Shown here: positions 23,988-35,058 of the stretch, one piece after another
How positions within the stretch are numbered: the first letter of the stretch is position 1
How the letters are laid out: every line of letters starts with the position of its first letter
Source: Ionaspis alba
Taxonomy: Eukaryota
NCBI GenBank assembly: GCA_964255285.1
Contig: CAXUUL010000039.1
Coordinates: 1-49,127, forward strand
Direction of reading: 5' to 3'
Length of the DNA stretch: 49,127 bases
Position numbers and translations under genes: made by a program
The notes under the pieces: generated by a model
Seen by the model: the letters and a program-made list of their open reading frames with translations, nothing else
Database searches by the model: none
Told to the model about the DNA's origin: nothing

Positions 23988-25808
23988 CTAGATGACTAAC
24001 ACAGCGGCCGCACCAATCGCAGCAACGAGGCTGATGAAGCTCATGCTCGACTTGCTACCAGCACCCGCGAACGGAGTAGCGCCAGTGGCCTGAACTCCTG
24101 GAGCTGCGGTCGAGGAAGTCGAACCGGCATTGGCAGCTGCGGTAGACACTTCCGAAGCAACGGGAGCAGCTGGACTGGAGCTTGGGCTCGATGCGGTCGA
24201 GAGCGTAGAGGGGCTGACGGGGATGGCAGCGTTGTTGGAGCTGGCGCTAGCAGCGGGGCTCGACTGGACGGGAACGATCACGACAGTGGATACGCCTGAG
24301 GCGGTGACGGTCGTTCCGGCGTTGGTGGAGCCAATGACGACAACGGTGGGTGTGGGCGACTGTAGGGTAAGAGTGATGCGAGTGGTGGAGGTGGAGCGGA
24401 CAGTGGTTGTGGCTTCGCCAGCAGCGTTGGAGCTCTCAACTGTGGCAGTCACGGTCGTTTGCTTGGTTGTCAGAACAGTGAGAGTCTGGGTGGTTGTCAA
24501 GGAGGTTGTGGCTGCTGGTGCCGGTGAGGAGTTTTGCGCCGGAGGGGTGTTAGCGGCAGGGGATGAACTGGGCGCAGCGGCTCCCTGGCTGGACTTGCTG
24601 GCGCTGGGAGCTGGCGATACGGGAATTGGTGATACAACAACCACAGAGGTTGAGACGGGGACAGGAACAACGGTAGTCGAGACCGGGACAACCGAGGTGG
24701 TCACTTTTCCAACAGGGCAGCTAGTGACTGCTGCAGCACAGCTGGTGATGGTGTAAGTCTTGGTCGTGAAAACAGTGGACGTATAGAAGACAGGAGGTTG
24801 GGAGCTGGCCGGAGCTGCGGTTGTTGAGCTGGATGCAGGAACAGCGGCGTTGCTCGAGCTTGGGGCAATAGGCACAATGGTCTCAGTGATGGCTTTGATG
24901 GTGGTGCTGGTTGCCGAAGGTGAAGTGGCGGGGACGGCAGCCGCTGTGGTGCTTGATAGCGGCGTGACTGTATGGCTTTGACTTCCAATGGTGTACTGCG
25001 ACGGGGAAGATGTCGAAGAGCTACTGGCAGGGGCTGCCGAAGCAGATGTCGAAGCCGAAGCAGAACCTGAAGCAGAAACAGTGCTACTGCTAGAGTAGCT
25101 CGATGAAGACGAGGTGGCTGGCACCGCAGCTGCCGTACTGCTGCTAGACGGAGTTGCATAAGAGGCAGAGGCAGATGCGCTTAGGGAAGCAGACGCGCTG
25201 GTAGAAGCAGAAGCCGACGAAGTTGATGAAGTCGCAGTGGCATAGGTTGTAGAGGTAGACGACTTGCTCTCTGAAGCTGGCGCCGCGCTTGACGAAGATG
25301 ATGCCGATCCTGCGGTTGACGAACACGAAGTGGACGATGCCTTGGAAGACTCGGTTGTTTCCTTGATGGCAGCGGCGGTGCTTGAAGACGAGCCTGGAGA
25401 AGTAGTAGTCGTGGCCGCGGTGGTGGACTTTGCCGGGCAATTAGTGACATATGGCCCACAGCTGGTGACGGTCGAATATTCGGTCTGATGATACGTCTCA
25501 GTTTCCGTGAGGTTCCATCCTGCGGCACTTGTGTAGGTGGACGAGGACACCGAAACTGGAGCGGCTGTTGACGCAGTAACACCAGTTGAAATCGGAGCGG
25601 CTGTCATGGACTCGGTGCTACATGGAGTCTTCGTCGAGGAAGAGTGCGAGTGGTGACTGCCGTGGTGTTCGTAGCCCTGATTTCGCGCGCAGTCAGCATC
25701 CAACCAGAATTTGTCTTGATATTGCGGTCCCCATACCGGTCCATAGGTAGCAGAGACCAGTGAGGAGCAGAAGACTGCTGCTGCTGCCACAATCAAGTTG
25801 GAGCGCAT
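23988..25808 (-). CDS. Ser/Thr/Ala-rich GPI-anchored cell-wall protein (adhesin/flocculin-like)
   Basis: Signal peptide MRSNLIVAAAAVFCSSLVSA, a long S/T-rich body, two T(V/I)TSC-x5-CP motifs, and a C-terminal FAGAGS omega region with a hydrophobic tail (FISLVAAIGAAAVLVI). Single exon. Confidence 0.88.
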   Translation of the reverse strand: MRSNLIVAAAAVFCSSLVSATYGPVWGPQYQDKFWLDADCARNQGYEHHGSHHSHSSSTKTPCSTESMTAAPISTGVTASTAAPVSVSSSTYTSAAGWNLTETETYHQTEYSTVTSCGPYVTNCPAKSTTAATTTTSPGSSSSTAAAIKETTESSKASSTSCSSTAGSASSSSSAAPASESKSSTSTTYATATSSTSSASASTSASASLSASASASYATPSSSSTAAAVPATSSSSSYSSSSTVSASGSASASTSASAAPASSSSTSSPSQYTIGSQSHTVTPLSSTTAAAVPATSPSATSTTIKAITETIVPIAPSSSNAAVPASSSTTAAPASSQPPVFYTSTVFTTKTYTITSCAAAVTSCPVGKVTTSVVPVSTTVVPVPVSTSVVVVSPIPVSPAPSASKSSQGAAAPSSSPAANTPPAQNSSPAPAATTSLTTTQTLTVLTTKQTTVTATVESSNAAGEATTTVRSTSTTRITLTLQSPTPTVVVIGSTNAGTTVTASGVSTVVIVPVQSSPAASASSNNAAIPVSPSTLSTASSPSSSPAAPVASEVSTAAANAGSTSSTAAPGVQATGATPFAGAGSKSSMSFISLVAAIGAAAVLVI

Positions 25809-26103
25809 GTTGAACAGTATGTATAGATTAAAGACCTGCTATTATTCAAAAGATCGGAATCGCGATAGCGAGTGCGTTGTCGGAGGCGTGCAAAGGACAA
25901 AGAGCGTAGAGAGATATCTGATTCAAAGATAGGACGCAAACCAAAGTCTGCAAAGCACGAAGCACGATTGGCAAAGTAGCGACGTAGAGTCGAGTCACNN
26001 NNNNNNNNNNNNNNNNNNNNNNNNNNNNNNNNNNNNNNNNNNNNNNNNNNNNNNNNNNNNNNNNNNNNNNNNNNNNNNNNNNNNNNNNNNNNNNNNNNAG
26101 CCA

Positions 26104-27519
26104 TCACTTCACATCCTGCAAACTTCCCCACAAATTATTCAAACTCTCCGCCAACGTCGGATGAGCCCACACCGCCGCTTCCAGGCCCCTCCATCCCACA
26201 TTTCCCATCATTGCCATCTGCACCACACTCATGATCTCTCCACCCTCCAAGCCCAAACACGAAAAGCCCAAAATCAACCCACTCTCCGCATCCACAACCG
26301 CTTTCATCAATCCCCTACTCTCGTCCGTCTCCAATGCTCGCGCAACATGCGTCATCGACATCGAAGCAGTCTGCAGCTTTCGCGGCGGTGAAAGTGCGCG
26401 AGCTTCCCGCAGATGGAGACCGACGTGCGCCATCTGTGGATCCGTGTAGCAGACGTAGGGAACGATTCGCTTGCTTATGGTCCGTGGCGCTGGTGACGGG
26501 TTGAGTAGATTTGTTTGGAGAATGCGAAAGTCGTCGTAGGAGATGTGGGTAAATGCGGGAGGACCTTTGACGTCTCCTATCGCCCAGATGCCGGATACCG
26601 AGGTCTCCAACCGGTCGTTGACGGAGATGTAGGAGCGCGCACCGGTTTTCACGCCGGCGGTATCGAGACCTAGCATATCGGTATTGGGAACTCGACCAGC
26701 CGCACATAGGAGATGGCTTCCGGCGATCTGTTCTTCCTTGCCGGAGGGCAGGCGGATGTTCAAATTGATTGGGAGCTTGTCGGATGACATTGAGACTGTT
26801 GTAGCATTTGTGGAGAGATAGACCACGATGCCGTCTTCTCGTAGGATGTCCAGCATACAAGCCGCGACCTCCGGGTCCTCACGGGGTAAGAGCTGGGAAG
26901 CACGTTGGATTATCGTGACCTCCGCTCCCAAGCGCCGGAAAAGCTGCCCGAATTCAAGTCCAATGTAGCCGCCTCCCAGGACCAGAAGATGTTCCGGGAC
27001 GATATCGAGCTCTTGAATGGAAGTCGAATCCAGGAGACTGGCGGCTGGAATGGTGTGGAGGCCTGGAAGATCTGGGATGGCCGGACGCTCGCCCGTATTG
27101 ATCACTATAGTATCGGCAGCGATCTCGCGCTTGGAACCATCATTCATCGATACGAGTAAGCTCTTTGGAGAGGTAAATGACGCTTCTCCCATCAGAACAT
27201 CCACCCCAGCCGCTTTCAACCGGGCTTCATTGCCCTTGCGGAAGCTATCCACGATATCTCGCTTCCGCTGACGTACTTTGATCATGTCGACGCTGATATC
27301 ACCGTCTTTGGCACCCGGCATATGGATACCATAATCAGCCGCTCGATGGGCATGATAAGCTACCTTTCCAGAAGCGATGAGAGTCTTAGTGGGAGTGCAN
27401 NNNNNNNNNNNNNNNNNNNNNNNNNNNNNNNNNNNNNNNNNNNNNNNNNNNNNNNNNNNNNNNNNNNNNNNNNNNNNNNNNNNNNNNNNNNNNNNNNNNG
27501 AAAGCAATTGCAAAGACAT
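26104..27519 (-). CDS. Class I pyridine nucleotide-disulfide oxidoreductase (mercuric reductase/dihydrolipoamide dehydrogenase-like); N-terminus lost in gap 27400-27499, start uncertain
   Basis: CTPTK (second Cys of the redox CxxxxC), INTGERP, NAD(P)H motif VLGGGYIGLEFG, AAGRVPN, TSVSGIWAIGDV and HPTLAE. Confidence 0.88.
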   Translation of the reverse strand: MSLQLLXXXXXXXXXXXXXXXXXXXXXXXXXXXXXXXXXXCTPTKTLIASGKVAYHAHRAADYGIHMPGAKDGDISVDMIKVRQRKRDIVDSFRKGNEARLKAAGVDVLMGEASFTSPKSLLVSMNDGSKREIAADTIVINTGERPAIPDLPGLHTIPAASLLDSTSIQELDIVPEHLLVLGGGYIGLEFGQLFRRLGAEVTIIQRASQLLPREDPEVAACMLDILREDGIVVYLSTNATTVSMSSDKLPINLNIRLPSGKEEQIAGSHLLCAAGRVPNTDMLGLDTAGVKTGARSYISVNDRLETSVSGIWAIGDVKGPPAFTHISYDDFRILQTNLLNPSPAPRTISKRIVPYVCYTDPQMAHVGLHLREARALSPPRKLQTASMSMTHVARALETDESRGLMKAVVDAESGLILGFSCLGLEGGEIMSVVQMAMMGNVGWRGLEAAVWAHPTLAESLNNLWGSLQDVK

Positions 27520-28801
27520 TCAAGAGATCATAGTCACGCTCAAATCCGAGAGAAGGGAAATGGCCGGTACCTCTCGGAACTTTTGTAGATCGAAGACCAC
27601 TGTTCGGTTATTTGCTGCACAGTCATCATGGCTGAATGCCACATCTCGATCTTCTTGACTCGGTGGTCAGCGATCGAGCCACGAGGGGCCTGTGCCCGTT
27701 CGCTTATAAGGTCCCATTGAACCGATCGTGAGAGTTTAGAGACCCTACAGACCGTCACTTCAAGGTTTGGCACTACGTATGATGCTCCTCGGTCGAGTGT
27801 CAATCCAGGAGCACAGCACCTTGGCATACAGGGCTGACCTACAGTTACAGACGTGGCCAATGGACCCGACCACAACTGCAACTAAAGTTACCTCCCGCAT
27901 ACAGCGCGATTTGACAGCGGCAACACACGTTAACGACGAAAAGAAGTTTCCGACCCTCTATTGATGCCTCAAAACCCATTAAACCGCGGTTTTGATCTTT
28001 GGCAATCTTCAATAAGTGTTACGGCTAGCTAAGTCACTGCTTATGAAGGCCTAGAACCTATTCATTGAGTGAGCTATTTGAACCTAGAGGAAGAAAGGCA
28101 GATACAGCAGGCGCATGTGTTTTCTAATGCACGTTCGCTTAAATACGCTAGTATCCCGCTAGGCCTGATCCAGCCTTATATGCAACGTCCTATGAGACGG
28201 CCGTCACAATAAACAACGCTCATGAAAGTTAAGATATTTTGACAATACGTGAACGTCTTTAACATATTATTACAGCTTATCATAAAGTCTTGGAATAGTA
28301 GAGCACCGGGCTGAGGGAGCAGCCCTAGATAACGTGGGCGTAGTACTTCGGCGAGCCCTAGAAAGCGGCTAAATCCCGCTAACGCCCCGCCCGCGTCCCA
28401 CGCGGCGCGAGTGTAGGTGGCAATCATCATTTTCAGACATAGGCCTTTCCAGATCTCAAGCGATTCATTTATCCATTCGGCGGCCAGCGTCGATGTCCAG
28501 CTACACGATAGGTGGACAGGAACAATTCCAGTCTTCGAGATAGTCTGCACGAAATAAAACCACCGGACTTCCAAATCCAGAAAAGACGACCGAAAATTTG
28601 TACCAAGATCAAGAGTCGTCGGCCAGTCCTGATCATTTTGCCATTTCTATTACCAGCCTTCGGGTCTCCAATCTTTTCGCCTAGATTGTAAAGCCATACG
28701 TTATCATCGATAGCACTAACCGAAAGTAAAATTGTTCGAACAGCTTGCTATTCCCACCCCTGGCTTCTCTTGTACCCAAGAAGTCCTATACCCTTTTCAA
28801 A

Positions 28802-30475
28802 TCACTTCAAAATGACCCTTACAGCCACAGTGCATTTTCCTCCCTCGTTGGCCCAGCACGGGGCTTCGTTTATCGTCTCCAAAAGGGTGTCGAAAGTATC
28901 CGGCAGCCTCCTTTTGATATACATCGACGCATTCTCTGTCAACCACGTGCAATTGACCGCAACACTCTCCACCTTCTCTTCTTGGCCTTCTAGGTCGCAT
29001 GCGAGCAGGACTTCATCCAGAAACTTTGCCATAGTTGCGCAAGAGCGCATTTTGATCAAAGTGTAATTCGGGTCGGAGGATTTAGAGATGCGGAGATTGG
29101 TATTCTTCCGCTTATATAGAGTAAGCGGGTTCTCGTCTTCTGGCGTCTCTATTTCTCTGTGCCGCTCGTTAGGCTTATCGGTCGGTGCGCTATATTGTCG
29201 GGTAACAGAGGCTTGAGCGGTTTGGCCAGCCGTAGGACCTCCGCTGCTCGGTGATCCGCTAATATGCCCGAGACCAGACATTCCCTCATCTGTAATATGT
29301 GCACCCATGGCCGCTTCTGAATCTTCGTTAGCAGCAGACGGTTGCATTCGGGCGTTTTGCCCTGCCGCTTGATCACGTTCCACTGGTGGAGATGCACTGT
29401 ATAAGTGGCTGACGTTGCGTACGAATCTTCCCTCGTTCGAAGAAGTCGTTGTTGGTTGAATTTGAATACGCTTTGATGACCCAGGACTCAAGCCAGGGAA
29501 TTGAGCAGAGTAGAAAGATACTTTTTGTTTAGATTGCATCGTTTTTGAATCGGTTCGCGTATTCGATTGGCTCCCGTGAGGAGAAGCATATCTTTTGGGG
29601 AGTCGTGCTTCCCTTGTAGAACGAGCTGAAGTCTCGTACAAGCCGTCTGCTCGAAGAACTTTCTCCAAATCCACGTCGTTGCGTTCAGCCGCGTACATGC
29701 TTTGAACCCTCCGTCGCTTTCCGTTAGGCCTCGTTGGGGAGTTTTTATGATCCGAATCAAAGTTCGCAGGTCGCCCGTCATCCACCGTACGTTCCTTAGA
29801 CGTCGTTGACGGTCCCTTTTTCTCGTTCTCGGCATGGCCGCCGTAGGCGGACCCGTGATGCAAAAACGACTCGATCGTGGACTTTGGTACGGTGCCACCA
29901 CCTGTACTCATTCGGGTCGTTTGAAATCGATACGTTCTATCAAAGCCACGAATTTCGTCCTCGTCATCGTCATCTTCCGATTCTGAAGTCGTTCCTAGCG
30001 CTTCTTCCAATTCCGTAAATGACGCTGACTGTCGGTGCCGGGGACGATTAAGACTGAATGCGATAGGGAGGTCGGAGAAATCTTCGAAAGGTCCCTCCCA
30101 TTTTCTGTAGTAGGCACCTCCATAGGCACCTCCGCTATAAGTCTTGACGATATATCGTTTATTCCCGCAATCCAGCGTCCAGAAAAGGTGACTCTTGTCC
30201 CATGGGTGGGCGATCATTATAGCAAGATTATGCTCCTGATCCTGGGGTTTATGTCCGGTCTTTTCGGCTAATACGACTGTTTTCCGTGTTATTGGATCCT
30301 TTCGTTGGATGAAAGGCGGCATTTTTGAACGGTAAAACTTCCGAGCCTCATCGATGAGGTGAATTGGATGATTGTCAGGTAGGCTAACAGTTTCAACTGA
30401 GCTCTCACCCATATTTTGGGTGGACGGAATTGTTTGTGAGGACGATAGGCTTCCTGTTAGGTCGGGAAGTACCAT
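28802..30475 (-). CDS. Hypothetical protein (557 aa): globular N-terminus, disordered middle, ~95-aa C-terminal alpha/beta domain
   Basis: Long uninterrupted ORF with the ATG in good context (ACCATGG), an acidic tract, and a basic NLS-like segment PNGKRRR. No family recognised. Confidence 0.75.
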   Translation of the reverse strand: MVLPDLTGSLSSSQTIPSTQNMGESSVETVSLPDNHPIHLIDEARKFYRSKMPPFIQRKDPITRKTVVLAEKTGHKPQDQEHNLAIMIAHPWDKSHLFWTLDCGNKRYIVKTYSGGAYGGAYYRKWEGPFEDFSDLPIAFSLNRPRHRQSASFTELEEALGTTSESEDDDDEDEIRGFDRTYRFQTTRMSTGGGTVPKSTIESFLHHGSAYGGHAENEKKGPSTTSKERTVDDGRPANFDSDHKNSPTRPNGKRRRVQSMYAAERNDVDLEKVLRADGLYETSARSTREARLPKRYASPHGSQSNTRTDSKTMQSKQKVSFYSAQFPGLSPGSSKRIQIQPTTTSSNEGRFVRNVSHLYSASPPVERDQAAGQNARMQPSAANEDSEAAMGAHITDEGMSGLGHISGSPSSGGPTAGQTAQASVTRQYSAPTDKPNERHREIETPEDENPLTLYKRKNTNLRISKSSDPNYTLIKMRSCATMAKFLDEVLLACDLEGQEEKVESVAVNCTWLTENASMYIKRRLPDTFDTLLETINEAPCWANEGGKCTVAVRVILK

Positions 30476-31156
30476 GGTTTCCCTTTCAAAATGTTAGCGA
30501 TGATGCCTTACTCCATTAGATAATCCGTGTTAGAGTACGATACACACAGTACTCAACGAAAACTCTCAACATCAGTTCTGAATCCTCCTGTCGACCGTGT
30601 TTTGACCCGTTGGGCGATAGTCTATCCGAAGTACATGTGGCGATCGCTCTTGGCTGAAGATGAAAAAAAGGTTGTTTGATTACGCGTCGTAGCAGTCCAC
30701 AGTACGTCTGCAAAGTGCCAAAAGCTTGCTGTGATCGTATGGATGTAGTATTTCGCCGGAAATTTTCGATCTCTTCTGATCTCTGATCGCTATGGCGAGT
30801 GTTCGATGGCTTTGATGAGCCGTATGTCGCTCGGTGATATGGGCTACGGATTGTGTTCATAAGCTAAACCCAATTGAGACCTGCAGGGGGTGCCGTTACG
30901 ATTAAGTTAAAAAACACATGCGGACCGCAATGACACCCACGTTGTATGGCTTTGAAGTCATCCTTCAAGCGCGCCACCGATCTCGATGTCAAATATCACG
31001 GTAGTGTCTACGAGAGGCTGCTATCGAATTATGCTATTCAATTCCCAGGCTTAGGCACTTGATCTTTAAACCATAGTCCTGCAGCTCAGTCCGGACAAAG
31101 AAAGAGATGGACTGAAATAAGCCACATCCTTAATTCCGGGAGTTACGAGTCGACCT

Positions 31157-32606
31157 TCAGGAGGACCTAACGAACAACCCCTTTGGCTTCAAAATCCAAG
31201 CTCCCACACTCAATGAACTCAACAACATACAGACGCCGGTGAAGATCACAATTCCCTTGTATCTCAGAGCCCCATAACTTGGGACATTAGTAGTTTGGGA
31301 GATCAATACCGCAGACAGCGGCCCTGCCAGGACATTGCCAACTCCCTTTTCAAACGCAAAGATGCTGAATGTAGCCATTGCAGCCGCAGGATCGGCACTG
31401 AGTGCAGTCCCCATACGAGCCCAGAGTACAACAAATCCTCCGCCAAAGCCCCCATATATGAGCGAAAAGATGATTAGAGGCGGGAGCGAGCGTCCGAGAC
31501 CCCAAAGCGTGAATGCAGCTATTGCACAGGCACAAGGAGATAAGAACATCAGGAAGTGCAAGGGGAGTCGGTAATCGGAGAGCCAGCCAAACGCAATCTG
31601 TCCAAAGAGCTGTGACAAGCTTACGAGAGCAAGGAGGAGAGCGCCCGTCGAAGGATCGAAGCCTATGGATGTAGAGTAGGAAGGGAGAAAGATCAACGGG
31701 ATGAACCAGGACATCCCCTGAAAAAGATTCGCTGTTGCGAACACGTAAAAAAGTGGCTTCTTCAGAAATGACCAGTCTGTCTTCGGGATCGCGCCGTCTT
31801 GAACACTTGGTAGCCTGCCCTTCAGCATAGGTAGCAAGGGCCCGGTCAGGACAGCCAGACCAACAGCTGTAGCTCTCAAGGTGATTTCATAGCCATACTT
31901 CTTCAACAAGACCTCCATCACAAGTGGTATAGCAACTCCAGTCAAGCCAGTGGCGCAACACAAGACCCCGTATGCAAGGCCTCTTTTCTGCACGAACCAC
32001 TCGTTAAGCATACTAAGAAGCGGGTAGTAGAGCAAAAGGACCCCCAGCCCATATAATACGCCTTGAGTCAAGATGAGGATTTCGATTGTCCTTGCGAAGC
32101 TCCCAGCAACGAGTGCTAGGATACATGTGGGCCATCCGATCCAGATCATGTGGCGCTGATATCGATGAAACCTCTTCACGAAGGGGCTGATCAGTGGAGC
32201 TCCAAGATAAGAAATGCCGGTGGCCACAGTTCCCACGACCGAGATATTTTTGCTTCCACGAAAGGGTTCATGCTCGGAATAGTAGTCTTGGAAGACACCA
32301 TAAGATAGTGGAAATCCCAAGCGAAATGTTAGGGCTTGACTTCTCACTCTGTAGGGGTCCGCTCTTACCCCAAAGCAGCGCTTCGAAAACAAAAGCTCCA
32401 AACAAAAGCTTATATGCCCCAATACCTCGATCGACAGGAGGTAATTGATGGCTCTCCGAGCTGTAATGGTCATCAATATTGGTGTCGGTTTCCATAGTGA
32501 CTTCGTTAATCCGGTTGGACGGACAGGATTGGCTATGACTCAATCTTGGTAAACTAGGAAGCTCTTGCAGCTCGGTCTCGCGCGGTACAGTCATTGATGC
32601 CATCAT
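31157..32606 (-). CDS. MFS monocarboxylate transporter-like protein (MCT/Mch family); one intron ~32317-32368 with a non-canonical acceptor
   Basis: LPPVDRGIGAYKLLFGAFVFEALLW|GFPLSYGVFQDYY, TQGVLYGLG, EWFVQKRGLAYG and FGWLSD, with about 12 hydrophobic segments. Confidence 0.9.
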
Positions 32607-33472
32607 CAAACCCTAACATCAAGTGCGAAATAAAGGACGAGACGAAAATTCTCCGCGTTATCCTCGATTCCTGGAATGTTGTGGCGACGCGATAGGCCGC
32701 GTTACCGCAGATCTGTGTCTTGGCAGCTANNNNNNNNNNNNNNNNNNNNNNNNNNNNNNNNNNNNNNNNNNNNNNNNNNNNNNNNNNNNNNNNNNNNNNN
32801 NNNNNNNNNNNNNNNNNNNNNNNNNNNNNAATGTTGTGGCGACGCGATAGGCCGCGTTACCGCAGATCTGTGTCTTGGCAGCTACAAAGAAGATATATTT
32901 GCGCTAAGCCTGATCACACCCTCGTCCCTATTACTGGCTCTCTGATCGTCTGTCATACTAGAATAACCCAGTAGCTGGCCCTTTTAGCCATAGGCAGCAT
33001 AGCATTCAGGTTGGTCAATGAGTAATGCTTTACACTACTCCTTTATCTCTCGCAATTACACGACAATTGAATCTGTTGCCCCTGGCTTCAGCGTGGGTCA
33101 CAAGTATATTTCTTGATCCATTGATTATGCAGTATCCTTACAATCGCATGGTGGATAATCGTGTAGGATCTTTCTTGTGTACGTTGAATAGTCTTACTGC
33201 CTAAATATTGACAGTGACTGCAGATGCATACTTGAGGCTAGTTGTCCGTGATTACCATTCGCCCGCCTTTGCCTCTCCTCTATGACTGATTGACGAAGCC
33301 GTCCTGCCATGAATCCAGTGATAAAAATTATAGAGGACGAATCGCTTATTACTCAAACATCTCAATCATCGTCTGAAAGGACCCGTGGTCATCCGGAGCG
33401 CATAGCAACCCGTCAAATACAGAAAAACAGGCAGTGCCCGCTGCCAACAATAAAACAAATGATTGAACAGCG

Positions 33473-34084
33473 TCAGTCGCCTGACGTGCCAAGCCAATAG
33501 TCGTCGTGGTCCACGTTCGTGGTCTTATCATGCGTCTCGAGTGTATACAGCCTTAGAAACCGACCGTCAAGATCCTAAGCATGATTAAGCGAGTGTATCA
33601 GAACTTCCGCTCAAATCCCCGATATCAGGACTTTGCAGTGCAGAACATACCTCAAAGCAGAGCAGCCAGCCCGTAACGCCTACGAAGACTTTGCTTCTGT
33701 GCACCCCTTTCTCATCTAACCAAGTCCCCCACTGTTCCAGATCCTGCTTGCACTGCACAGCAAAGGTGACTGGATCGAACCCCTTCGCTTTAGCTGCTTC
33801 GTTCTTGTCCTCCCTAATTCATGTCAGCACATCCCTAGTACTCCTTAACCTTGCCCCTAACATGCTTACCTAAGCTCGAGAACACCCTGACTCATGCCAG
33901 GCACATTCATCTCGACAGCATAGCGCCTCCCACTTGCCGAGAAATGATCAAGTTCAGCTATACGAGAAGCAGACAACACAGAAGTGTACCAATCGATTGA
34001 AGCATCGATATCAGATACAGGGAATTTAAGGTGATGAATTCCCGCCAAGTTTTGGGTAGGATTTGAGACATAGGAGGAAGACAT
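33473..34084 (-). CDS. VOC/glyoxalase-bleomycin resistance-dioxygenase family protein; introns 33814-33869 and 33575-33650
   Basis: Spliced LAGIHHLKFPVSDIDASIDWYTSVL..LELR|EDK..GFDPVTFAV..DLEQWGTWLDEKGV..GWLLCFE|DLDGRFLRLYT..DDYWL. Stop at 33473-33475. Confidence 0.85.
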
Positions 34085-35058
34085 TGTAGATGTGCGAGAC
34101 GGGGGCGGAGAGATAACAGACTTGAGAAGGAGAAAAGGGTACGTGATACTGCCAAAAGACATTGTTCTGAGCGAGGCTATAATATCGGGTCTTTAATATT
34201 GAGTATTTTGGCCCCCAAAGCAATGAAAGGTCGCGAACTCCGCAATGACGGAGGAGGCTCCGGTACCACGAACGAATTGGGGAGTGCATTGGAAAGCAAT
34301 GATAAGGGAAAGGCCATCATATGGTTGGACGCAGAAGCGGCGATCAAGGCTCTCGAGTCTGACAGGCAAACTACGACATGGAGACGTGGTTGGCCAGCAG
34401 GATGGAAATCCGGTGATTGCATCGTCCTTGACGTTGGGGTGTGAGTAATAATCCGATTTGTGTATTCCATGTGATGACCAAGCATCCGAGAGATCCGCTC
34501 GGCCTCTCGGACTTTAACAAGGGAGATAAGGCGGCGGAAAAAGGCTGGAAAATGACGAATCGGGTAAGGTGGGTTTGTCATTCTTGACGTCTCGTCGTGC
34601 CTCAGGCAATAATGATGCCACCGATGAGGGTCAATATCTTTTCAGTGCAATGACGAGTGCTTCGTTGTTGAAGACCCCGTTATGAAGGGTTAAATCAAGT
34701 TACACACTCTACAGACATGTAGTAGGCAAGCGGCTATCGTGCGACCGTAAATTTCTAGCCTCACAAACAGAGCCTCAACAAGATTCCGTTTCCATCCCAA
34801 GAACCCTTCTCATACCTGCTTTTCCCTTTTCAAACAAACAAGTCAACGCATTTTTCAAGCTTCCAATAACCTGCCATAATGTTCCAGAACAGTGCGATCC
34901 GCCAACAGCCTCAAGTTTCATCAAAAACTGCGCTTAGCACGATTCTGGCCGCAGACAAAACACCAGCTGGAAGGAGCTAGCTACGCACAAGGGAGAACTT
35001 TAAGAACATGTCGCACTCTTCTTGCGAAGCTTCATGAAATCCCAGCTTCGAGGTCTGA

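Noticed and set aside
24130..24756. 208-aa + strand ORF antisense to the GPI protein
   Set aside because: Shadow of low-complexity Ser/Thr/Ala codons.
32675..32884. Exact 55-nt direct repeat (32675-32729 and 32830-32884) around an N gap
   Set aside because: The same exact length recurs at three gaps. This is the signature of k-mer overlap in a de Bruijn assembly with a placeholder gap, not an LTR, TSD or CRISPR repeat.
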